Shown here: piece by piece, positions 29,884-38,377 of the stretch
How positions within the stretch are numbered: the first letter of the stretch is position 1
How the letters are laid out: each line of letters starts with the position of its first letter
Assembly (NCBI GenBank): GCA_037441385.1
Contig: JBBISH010000003.1
Location: 64,001-128,000, forward strand
Direction of reading: 5' to 3'
DNA from: Myxococcales bacterium
GTDB taxonomy: Bacteria > Myxococcota_A > UBA9042
DNA: 64,000 nucleotides
Made by a program: the position numbers and the translations under genes
Notes under the pieces: model-generated
The model's database searches: none
Told to the model about the DNA's origin: nothing
What the model saw: the letters and a program-made list of their open reading frames with translations, nothing else

Positions 29884-30156
29884 CTACTTCAGGTGCTCGA
29901 CGCCGACCTTCTTGACGGTGGCCTTCCAGACCTTGGCGGGCAGCCACTTTGGGCGATTGGCGGGAGCCGTGGTCTCGACGCGGCCGCCGTTGAACACGTG
30001 CACGCGCTTGGTGCCGCGCTCGCGCAGGCGAATCTCGGTGTAGCCGCGGGCCGCAGCCTTCAGGGCCGCGCCGCGCGGTTGGGCGTTCGAGAAGACCACG
30101 TTGGTGTCCTTGCCTTCCTGCATCAATACGAAATTCTTCTTCTCTTTCTCTGCCAT
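29884..30156 (-). CDS. Non-histone chromosomal protein MC1 family protein (90 aa)
   Basis: KNFVL...VF...QPRGAALKAA.RG...IRLRERGTKRVHVF...AP.NRPKWLP....K..VKK matches Methanosarcina MC1 as recalled; GGGAG RBS upstream of the ATG. Confidence 0.9.
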   Translation of the reverse strand: MAEKEKKNFVLMQEGKDTNVVFSNAQPRGAALKAAARGYTEIRLRERGTKRVHVFNGGRVETTAPANRPKWLPAKVWKATVKKVGVEHLK

Positions 30157-30914
30157 GATCCAGCTCCCCCCGGATTGCAGCAGCCGGGTGCCAACCGCAC
30201 GAGCGGTGCGGTCGTCGTCGGTGCGCCGCGAGCCTGGCCTCTCCAGCCTCGACGGACGAACCCCTATTGGCTCGAATCGGCGACCTGCGCCGCGGTCGTG
30301 CCCTGGCGGTGGCGTCTGCACCGGCCGCCGACCTGGCGCCCTCCGTGCAAAACCCGTGACCGTGTCGCTTCCCGCGGTTGCCCGCCGGCAGCTCCTCTGT
30401 CGCACCACTCACTTGTCGGCAGGTATGGGCCGGTTTTCGTCGTTATGCAAGCGGCAAGCGCGGCGGCAACGCCAGGTGACGATAATTCCGCTGAAGTTGG
30501 CCGCGCGGCAAATTATGCCGTTGACAGGCGAGTGCGATTGAGTATCTATATATTTCAACGCGTTATATGTAGAGCGTCTGCAGTTCAACGATTTGGCGGC
30601 GCGGCGCGAGCGGCGATTTCCCCATGATCACGGTACGCGAGGGCCGTGATCGTTTTTTGCTGGTCGCGCACAGAATCGCCGGGCGCGGCCCGCGGTATGG
30701 GCCCATTTTGCGTACACCAGCCGGGCGCCGCTCGCCAACGCGCTTGGGACTTCGCCTGATTATTCAGCAGTTGCAAACGGCTCGCGAACTGGTCAAGTCC
30801 GACAATCGTGCTACCGTAGCGGCACGGCAGCATGCAAGCCCTGGCGTGGCGAGCAAGGTGGTGTGGGTGGGCCAGCACAGGGCGAACGCAACCAGGGGAG
30901 CAGCCGCGTGGCCA

Positions 30915-33416
30915 ATGTGGGCTGCGGTGGGGATCCTGCTTTGGCACGCGGCCGCGACACCGGCTTGGGCGGTGGCTGCGCACGCGCGGGCCAAGAGTGG
31001 CAAGACAGCGGCCGCCAAGGCCGTGCCAACCAAGGCAGCCAAGCCGGCGAGTGCAAAGGGGAAGCCGGCCACTAGCAAGACGTCTGGCGGCGCGACTGCC
31101 AAGAACTCGGGCACAAAGCCGAAACCAGGCAAGGCCAAGGCGGCGGGGAGCGGCAAAAAGGTCAAGGCCGGCAAGACCAAGACGCCCAAAGTCCCGGCGC
31201 ACGCGGCGCGAGTGGTGCCCAGCCAAAAACGCAGCCAAGACGGTCGGTCGCACCACGACCACCGCGCCAAATGGGCGCAATTGCACGAACTGATTCAGCG
31301 CTTTCGCGTTGGGGCGTTGGCGGGACTAGACGGCAAGTTGCGCGGCCTGATCGACGGCGCCCAAGGCGATGTGGCACTGGCGGGTTCGCTGGTGCTGGCA
31401 CGCACGCAAGCGAGCCTTCGGACTGGTGATCTTGGTGTCCAGGCCTTGGAGGACGCCAAGCCGCTGCGCCAAGCCCTGCCGGCCAGTTGGGACTGGGCCC
31501 AGATCGAGGTGGACTACGCTGCCGGTCATTTCGGCCAAGCCCTGGAGCACATGCGCGAGTTCCGTAAACAATACGGTGATTTTCGCTGGGCGGCCGCCGA
31601 TCTTCTTTATAGCCGGCTTGCCGAGCGGGTCGCGCCCCCCCAAGAGGTCGCGGAGATTGCCCTGGCGCTCTACGAGAAATCGGCGCTGCACCTGCCCCGC
31701 GACGAGCTGCTGGCGCGCGCGGCCCGGGCCAGCGAGCAGATCGCCGGCCCCAAAGCCATGGGACTATGGCGAAAACTGCTTCTGCAACACCCAGAGAGCG
31801 AGTTCGTCGCCGAAGCCGCGAGCCACGTTGACGTGTCAACCTTGACCGACCCCGAGAACTACGACCGCATGGCGTTGCTGTTTGCGCGCCGCGCGTACGA
31901 GCGCTGCCGCGAGGTCGGAAAGCCCTTGTGGTTCAAGGGATATCGGCTAAGCGAGGTGGGCTACTACCTGGGCAAGATCGGCTCGGAGCGGCTGCGCGAC
32001 GACTACCCGGGGGCGGCGGACTACTTGCAGGCGGCCAGTGTGGTCGACGCTCCCCATGCGGCCGCAGCCCTGTCGTCGTATGCCCTGGTGCTGGGCAAGC
32101 TGGGGCGTTTTGACGAGTCGATCGCCAAGTACGACGAATGGCTGCAGCGCTACCCCGCGGTGGGCAACGAGCGCCGGGTCGAACTGCACTACGATCGCGC
32201 CCGCATGCTGCACGTTTCGGGCAAAAGCCTGCAGGCGGCCGAGGACATGGCCAAGGCGCTCGCGGCCGATGATCGCGGGATCGACGTGGGCAAGTATCAG
32301 TGGTTCGTAGGCTTTTGGTACTACCTGGGCAAGGACTACGGCCGCGCGCTCGAAGCGATGAAACCGCTGCTGGCCAACCCCAACCCGCTGGTGGGCGGCA
32401 AGGCCAACTACTGGACGGCCAAGGCCCTGGATCGCCTGGACCGCCGCGACGAGGCGGTGACGACACTGGACGGGCTGCTGCGGCGCTACCCCCTGACCTA
32501 CTACAGCGCCTTGGGCGAGCGGCTCTTGGTCGATTGGGGCAAGGTCGATCACGTGCCCAAAGCTCAGGATTTCTCAAAGGTGATCGATGCCGCGCCCGAT
32601 CCGTTTGCCGATCTGGCCGCCGATCCGCAGCTGGACCAGTTGCGCCTGGCCTGCGCGGTGGGCGAGCCCGACAGTTGCCAAGTCGCTTGGGACGCGGCCG
32701 AAAAGAACCTGCGCAAGCTGCTGGGCGACGACGCGGTGCAAAAACTCCAACGCGAACTGGCCGACCCGCTCGAGCGCTACGCCGATGCGCGCGAAGAGGC
32801 GCTGCGGCAGAACGGCCATGTTTTGCTCAAGTTGCCCACGACCCAGACGCTGGCGGACTGGCGTGCCATCTACCCGCGCGCGTTTGCCACCCATACGGCC
32901 GCGGCAGCCAAGCGGTCGGGCGCGCCCGAGTGGATGATCTACGCCCACATGCTGCAGGAATCGCGCTACAAACCCTGGCTGATCTCGGGGGCGCCCGCGT
33001 ACGGGCTGCTGGAGCTGCTGGACCGCACGGCCGCGCGCCTGGCCAAAGAGGCGGGCGACGACTACCAGCTGTGGATGCTGATGCAGCCGCGCTACAACAT
33101 CGCGTGGGGCGGCCGCTATCTGGGCGCACTTTATCACAAATTCCACAAGCAGCTGCCGTTCGCCATCGCCAGCTACAACGGCGGGCCAATGCTGATGGAG
33201 TACCACCTGGGTGTGCAAAAGCGACTGCGGCGCGATTTTGACGAACTGATCGACGACCTGGGCCCGCACGAAAGCCGCAATTACGTGCGCATGGTCATCG
33301 GCTGGTTCTTGCGGTACTTGGCGATCTACGAGAGCCCGAAACGGGCCGCCGAACTGCGCGACGAGCTTCTGCCGCGGCAGTGGTCAGCGGAATTTGAACC
33401 CGAACCGAATTACTGA
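30915..33416 (+). CDS. Soluble lytic transglycosylase (Slt70-like, TPR plus SLT domain)
   Basis: Signal peptide, Lys/Ala-rich linker, TPR-like helices, YPLTYY, YPRAF, QESRY (catalytic Glu), ASYNGG, ESRNYV; start uncertain. Confidence 0.85.
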   Translation: MWAAVGILLWHAAATPAWAVAAHARAKSGKTAAAKAVPTKAAKPASAKGKPATSKTSGGATAKNSGTKPKPGKAKAAGSGKKVKAGKTKTPKVPAHAARVVPSQKRSQDGRSHHDHRAKWAQLHELIQRFRVGALAGLDGKLRGLIDGAQGDVALAGSLVLARTQASLRTGDLGVQALEDAKPLRQALPASWDWAQIEVDYAAGHFGQALEHMREFRKQYGDFRWAAADLLYSRLAERVAPPQEVAEIALALYEKSALHLPRDELLARAARASEQIAGPKAMGLWRKLLLQHPESEFVAEAASHVDVSTLTDPENYDRMALLFARRAYERCREVGKPLWFKGYRLSEVGYYLGKIGSERLRDDYPGAADYLQAASVVDAPHAAAALSSYALVLGKLGRFDESIAKYDEWLQRYPAVGNERRVELHYDRARMLHVSGKSLQAAEDMAKALAADDRGIDVGKYQWFVGFWYYLGKDYGRALEAMKPLLANPNPLVGGKANYWTAKALDRLDRRDEAVTTLDGLLRRYPLTYYSALGERLLVDWGKVDHVPKAQDFSKVIDAAPDPFADLAADPQLDQLRLACAVGEPDSCQVAWDAAEKNLRKLLGDDAVQKLQRELADPLERYADAREEALRQNGHVLLKLPTTQTLADWRAIYPRAFATHTAAAAKRSGAPEWMIYAHMLQESRYKPWLISGAPAYGLLELLDRTAARLAKEAGDDYQLWMLMQPRYNIAWGGRYLGALYHKFHKQLPFAIASYNGGPMLMEYHLGVQKRLRRDFDELIDDLGPHESRNYVRMVIGWFLRYLAIYESPKRAAELRDELLPRQWSAEFEPEPNY

Positions 33417-33425
33417 GCGGGCCAG

Positions 33426-34973
33426 CTACTTCTGCAGGCTGCAGTAGCTCGGCCAGCTGTCGCCCAGGCTGCTGACGAAGGGCGAAGCCTCGCCCAACTT
33501 GTGCGCGAGCAGGAACTTGGCCGCGTAGGCGCCGCCCTCTTTGGGCCACTCGTGCTTGGTGCCGTGGTTGCAGGCGACGACCACGTGGCCCGAGCCCTTC
33601 AGGCTCTCGATCAACGACTTGGCCATCTTGTCGAAGTTCTGCTCGTAGGCAAAGTCGTCCACACCGCCCCAGCTGACGACAAACGGCACGTTGCCCGACT
33701 TGGTGGGCCAGGCGTGCAGGTAGCCGCCCGAGAACGGCGTCGCCGCGGCCACCACATCGCTCTTGTGGATGCCCAGGAAGGTCGACATCAGGCCGCCGCC
33801 CGACATGCCGGTCACGTAGATGCGCTTGGTGTCAAACTTGTACTGCGCGCCGGCGCACTTGAGCAGATCGTCAAAGAACACTAGGTCGGGGTTGTCGTTC
33901 TTGAACAGCGGCGAGCCGTAGTACCAGTCGGTCTTCAGCACGGCCTTGCCCGAAGCGGCGCGCTCGGAGCGGGGCGCGATCAGGATGAACGGCGTCTTCT
34001 GCTGCTCGGCAGTCAGGAAGCTGTCGTCGATCATCGAGCCCGGCTCGCCACCCACGCCGTGGTACAGGAAGATCACCGGCAGACCGGTCACATCGCTGAC
34101 ATCTTTGGGCAGCTGCACGATGTAGGTACGGCTGCGCTCGGCGCTGGTCATGGTGTTCTCGCCGGGCAGGAGAGCCGGGCAAGTCGCGATGCCGGTGTAA
34201 GTCTTGGCGGTGTTGCCTTCGCAGCTGGACTCGGGCGGATCGGTTTGCGTGCCGAACTCGACGGCCTTGAACTTGCTGCCGGTCAGCTTGACGCCAAAGT
34301 CGGGAACGTTGCCTTCCAAGTCGCCGCAGAACGAATTGAGGCCCGTGAACTTGCCGGTCATGATTAGGCTCAGCTTGACGTCGGTGTCGGTGGGCGAGCC
34401 CTTGGCCGGTAGCACCACGTCGCCAAAGTCGATGGTGAACGAGCCATCGGCCTTGACGACCACGTCGCACGCTGCGGCCATGATGTCCGTGACTTCCTTG
34501 GTCTTACCCGAAACGGCGCGCAGGGTGATCAGCTTCATCACGCCGCCGCCATCGGCGGTCTGATGGCCGACGATGCTGGCCTTGAAGAACAGCTGCAAAC
34601 CGCCGAACGGCGCGGCCTGGGCAGCCAGGAACAGGCCTTGCGGCGGGGTCAATTTGTCGTCGCCAGCCACCGCCGCGGCCTCGTCGGCGTACTTGCCGCA
34701 CCACTTGGTGGGCCCGGTGGCGGTGTCGGCGCTGGTCGTGTCGCCGCCCGCAGTGTCGGCGCCGGTCGTGTCGGCGCCGGTCGTGTCGGCGCTGGTGGTG
34801 TCGCCGCTGGTGGTGTCGCCGCCTTTGGCGTCGGTGCCGCTGGAACTATCCGAGCTAGCGTCGGTTTTGCTGGTCGTGCTGGTGGTGGTTCCGGCGTCGC
34901 TGCCACAGGCGGCCAAGGCCAGCGCCAGACCGGCGCTCAAGAAACCGCAGGAAATTCGGGTACTAAGCTTCAT
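33426..34973 (-). CDS. Lipoprotein with C-terminal alpha/beta-hydrolase (PHB depolymerase/LpqC-like esterase)
   Basis: Lipobox LAAC, DTT repeats, PVIFLYHG, RIYVTGMSGGG nucleophile elbow, HEWP. Confidence 0.8.
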   Translation of the reverse strand: MKLSTRISCGFLSAGLALALAACGSDAGTTTSTTSKTDASSDSSSGTDAKGGDTTSGDTTSADTTGADTTGADTAGGDTTSADTATGPTKWCGKYADEAAAVAGDDKLTPPQGLFLAAQAAPFGGLQLFFKASIVGHQTADGGGVMKLITLRAVSGKTKEVTDIMAAACDVVVKADGSFTIDFGDVVLPAKGSPTDTDVKLSLIMTGKFTGLNSFCGDLEGNVPDFGVKLTGSKFKAVEFGTQTDPPESSCEGNTAKTYTGIATCPALLPGENTMTSAERSRTYIVQLPKDVSDVTGLPVIFLYHGVGGEPGSMIDDSFLTAEQQKTPFILIAPRSERAASGKAVLKTDWYYGSPLFKNDNPDLVFFDDLLKCAGAQYKFDTKRIYVTGMSGGGLMSTFLGIHKSDVVAAATPFSGGYLHAWPTKSGNVPFVVSWGGVDDFAYEQNFDKMAKSLIESLKGSGHVVVACNHGTKHEWPKEGGAYAAKFLLAHKLGEASPFVSSLGDSWPSYCSLQK

Positions 34974-35100
34974 CGTCGTGTTCCATGCAAAGGGGGTGGT
35001 GCCGCAAAGGCTACAGGCCACGGCGGGTCCGCGCAAGTCAGAAGGCGCGCGATCGCGACAGAGGTGCGGCGACTTTGCTATGCTGGCCACGGAGGTGTGG

Positions 35101-36114
35101 ATGCTAGGGCGCGTGCGGATTGTGCTGGGCGGCTTCGCCTTGCTCTTGGTCTGCGTGGGGCTGACGGGCTGTGCCGGCTCGTCGGGGAGCAGCGACACGG
35201 GCAACGCCAGCGATGCCAAGACGGCCGATTTGCCGGGCGACGTGACCGACACGACTCCCCGCGTGCTGGTGGGCGGCGCCGACGATGGCGGCAACGGGTT
35301 CATCGACTGGGCCAGCGGCACCTACCCGGCCACGGTCATCCACGGCCCGCAAGGCGGCCAGCACATCTGGGTCAGCGCCAAGACTAGGAACTTGTTCCCC
35401 AACAAGGCGCGGATCTCGGTCACGATGTACCTGGAAACGCCCGGCGCCGCCGAAGAAGTGGTCAAACCGGGCACGACCACCGTGACCGGCACGCTGAAGG
35501 CCTTTCCCGCCCCGCCCGAACTGCCCAGCGAGTGGCTCATCTACGCTGGCCTGCCGGCCTTTGTCAGCCAACCCTGCAAACTGGCCCAACAAAAGGTGCG
35601 GGTCCAGGTCGAGGTCAGCGACCTCTACGGGGTACTGGCGAGCAACAAGGCCTGGATTCGCCCCAAGTGGACGTTTATGCCGTGCGTGGTGGCGATGGGG
35701 GTGGCGGCGGACGGCAAGAGCCCGCAACCGTGGCCGTTCTTCCCGGACGAGGGCGCCAAGCCGGCCCTGGTGGCTGCGCCCAGCGGCGGAGCGGAATTCC
35801 AAGTTGGCGTGCGGACTTTGGGCCTAGCGCCGGCCGCCCCGATGGTGGCGGTCACGCTGATGACCATGCCCACGGACAACACGGAAGGCCAGATTCTGCC
35901 GCCGGGCCGCACGGCGGTGACGACCAGCGCCATCGCGGATCCGCTTGGCGTGGCAGGTTGGTCCGGCCTGGCGGCGGTAAAGGTGCCGGTGGCGAACCCC
36001 TGCCAGGCCAAGAATCAGCGGCTGCGGCTGGTGGTCGAAGTGGCCGACGGGGACAAGCCGTTGGGGTCCGGGCAATCGATCGTCTTGCCCAGCTGGGGTG
36101 GCACGTGTCCGTGA
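35101..36114 (+). CDS. Hypothetical lipoprotein with two copies of an unknown domain
   Basis: GGAGG RBS, lipobox LTGC, GPQGGQHIWVSA motif; the second half repeats the domain. Confidence 0.7.
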   Translation: MLGRVRIVLGGFALLLVCVGLTGCAGSSGSSDTGNASDAKTADLPGDVTDTTPRVLVGGADDGGNGFIDWASGTYPATVIHGPQGGQHIWVSAKTRNLFPNKARISVTMYLETPGAAEEVVKPGTTTVTGTLKAFPAPPELPSEWLIYAGLPAFVSQPCKLAQQKVRVQVEVSDLYGVLASNKAWIRPKWTFMPCVVAMGVAADGKSPQPWPFFPDEGAKPALVAAPSGGAEFQVGVRTLGLAPAAPMVAVTLMTMPTDNTEGQILPPGRTAVTTSAIADPLGVAGWSGLAAVKVPVANPCQAKNQRLRLVVEVADGDKPLGSGQSIVLPSWGGTCP

Positions 36115-36605
36115 GCCGCAAGATGTGGCCTCTTTTCGCCGCTTTGGCCGTGGGTTGCGCGAGTTCCACGGGCACGGCCGAGGACCCGCTGCTGGTCCAG
36201 GTCGGCGGCGCCAGCCCAAGCGGCAACGGTTTTGTCGACTGGTCAACCCTGGGTACCGGCGCCGCGATCATCACCGGCATCCAAGGCGGCCAGCACATTT
36301 GGGTCAGCGCCCGCGCCAAGCTGGCGGGTGCTACCACGCTCGACGTGGCCGTCACGATGTACCGCGAGGCCACCGGCGGGCAAGCCGAAGCGATGGTCAA
36401 GCCCGGCACGGTCGAAATCCAGCGCAAAGCCGAAACGGATGGTGCGTGGCAAGTACTGGCCGGCGTCCCGGCTTTTGTCAAGGAACCCTGCAAGATCCGC
36501 GAGCATCGCGTGCGGGTTGAAGCCGTGGTGCGGACGGGCGACGGGCGCACGGCCGCAGCCAAGGCGTGGATCACGCCGCATTTCGACGGCTACTGCGATC
36601 CGTGA
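36111..36605 (+). CDS. Hypothetical lipoprotein, paralog of the upstream gene
   Basis: GTGA overlap, lipobox AVGC, GIQGGQHIWVSA, VKPGT, PAFV.EPCK, KAWI.P. Confidence 0.7.
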   Translation: MSRKMWPLFAALAVGCASSTGTAEDPLLVQVGGASPSGNGFVDWSTLGTGAAIITGIQGGQHIWVSARAKLAGATTLDVAVTMYREATGGQAEAMVKPGTVEIQRKAETDGAWQVLAGVPAFVKEPCKIREHRVRVEAVVRTGDGRTAAAKAWITPHFDGYCDP

Positions 36606-36660
36606 TCGGCCTGCCCACAGGGCGTCCACATTGGCACGGGAGTTGCGGTCGGCAGTTCAG

Positions 36661-38361
36661 CTACGCCGGCCCTTCAGCAAGGTGGGGGGGCACGGCCGGG
36701 GCTTCGCTCCAAACTGCCACTTCGGCGGCCACGGCAGGCGGCGCGACCTGCTGGCGGACCGGCACGGCGTCCATGGCGTGCTCGGCCAAAGCCGTGATGG
36801 TCAAGCTGGGATTGACGCCCAAATTCGCCGGAATCACCGAGCCATCGCAGACGCGCAAGCCGTGGTAGCCGTGCACGCGCTGCTGGGCATCCACCACGCC
36901 CTGCCCGGGCGCGCCGATGGCGCAGCCGCCCAAAATGTGGGCCGTGGTCGGCACATCCAGCAGCACTTCGTTGATGGCGGACATGGGCACGCCGCTGGTC
37001 TTTTCGGCCAGGCGGCGGGCGACGCGATTGCCCACGGGGATGTAGGTCGGGTTGGCCGATTTGCCCGCCGGCAGTTGTGTGCGCAAGGACTTGGCAAAGG
37101 GCCACCACCAGCGGCGCTTCCACACCGCGGTCAGCGAGTTGTCGAGCGTCTGCATCACCAGCAAGATGATGCCGTGCTTGGCCCAGCCGAACTTCCAGCA
37201 GGTCTTGGCGAACTGGATCGGATGGGCGAACACAGTCCCAACCCAGCGCAAAGCCCGGGGAATCTTGCCGCCACCGTCGGTGAGCAGCGTGGCCAACAGG
37301 CTCAAAGCGTCGTGCCCTTCGCCATAGCGCACCACCTCGATGTGGGTGTGATCGTCAAAAAACGCGCCCGAAGTGATCGCCACACCCTTGCTGAAGTCCT
37401 CGCCGTTCGAGCTGCCCATCGCGCCGCAGATGGCTTCGCTGTTGGTGCGCAGTTGGTGGCCCAGTGTCGCCGGCAGGTCAGGTAAATCGCCGCAGTCCTT
37501 GGACTTCATTAGCAAAGGCAGCGTACCCAACACGCCGCCCGCGCAGACCACCTCGCGGGCGCGCAGTCGAGTGGTGCGGCCAAGCCAACGCGCCACGCCG
37601 ATCGCGGGCCGGATTTCCACCTCGTAGCCGTCTTCGCCGCGGCGAGCCGGACCGCCAAGGCAACGCAGCGCCGTGACCAGCGACTCGGGCCGAACTTGAG
37701 CGCCCAGACGCTCGGCCAAGTACAGGTAATTTTTGTCCAACGTGTTCTTGGCGCCGTGTTTGCACCCCGTCATGCAAGCGCCGCACTGGTGGCAGCCCGT
37801 ACGGTCCGGGCCGACACCGCTAAAGTACGGATCGGCCACCGTGCGACCGGGTTCGCCAAAGAACACACCGACATCGGTAGCCTTGAAGGTGTGCTCGCGG
37901 CCCATCTCGACCGCCACTTCGCGCAGCAACCGGTCGGCCGGGCCAAACACCGGGTTGGGCACCGCCCCCAGCATCAGCTTGGCCCGCTGGTAGTAAGGCG
38001 CCAATTCTACTTGCCAATCCGGCGAGAGGCTGGCCCATTGCGGGTCCGTGAAGAACGGCTTGGGCGGCACCAGCAACGTGTTCGCGTAGACCAGCGAACC
38101 GCCGCCCACGCCCACGCCCGACAGCACCAACACGTCGTCTAGCAAGGTGATCTTCAGGATGCCGACGCAATAGGCCAGGGGCGCCCACAGCGAACGGAAC
38201 AAGTTCCAGTTGGACTTGGGAAAATCCTTGGCGGCCCAGCGCTTGCCGCGCTCGACCACGATCACCTTGTAGCCTTTTTCGCTGAGCCGCAGGGCCGACA
38301 CCGACCCGCCGAAGCCCGAGCCGATTACCAGTACATCGCAATCGAACCGCGCTTCTTCCAT
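36661..38361 (-). CDS. GMC oxidoreductase, cholesterol oxidase-like
   Basis: VIGSGFGGSVSALRL, GVGGGSLVYAN, CMTGC..GAKNTLDKNYL, TAHILGGC, GVNPSLTITALAE. Confidence 0.9.
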   Translation of the reverse strand: MEEARFDCDVLVIGSGFGGSVSALRLSEKGYKVIVVERGKRWAAKDFPKSNWNLFRSLWAPLAYCVGILKITLLDDVLVLSGVGVGGGSLVYANTLLVPPKPFFTDPQWASLSPDWQVELAPYYQRAKLMLGAVPNPVFGPADRLLREVAVEMGREHTFKATDVGVFFGEPGRTVADPYFSGVGPDRTGCHQCGACMTGCKHGAKNTLDKNYLYLAERLGAQVRPESLVTALRCLGGPARRGEDGYEVEIRPAIGVARWLGRTTRLRAREVVCAGGVLGTLPLLMKSKDCGDLPDLPATLGHQLRTNSEAICGAMGSSNGEDFSKGVAITSGAFFDDHTHIEVVRYGEGHDALSLLATLLTDGGGKIPRALRWVGTVFAHPIQFAKTCWKFGWAKHGIILLVMQTLDNSLTAVWKRRWWWPFAKSLRTQLPAGKSANPTYIPVGNRVARRLAEKTSGVPMSAINEVLLDVPTTAHILGGCAIGAPGQGVVDAQQRVHGYHGLRVCDGSVIPANLGVNPSLTITALAEHAMDAVPVRQQVAPPAVAAEVAVWSEAPAVPPHLAEGPA

Positions 38362-38377
38362 GTGGGCTCCTGGGCGG

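Noticed and set aside
34720..34820. 15-bp repeats encoding (G/S)(A/G)DTT in the esterase lipoprotein
   Set aside because: An ordinary low-complexity linker typical of myxobacterial lipoproteins
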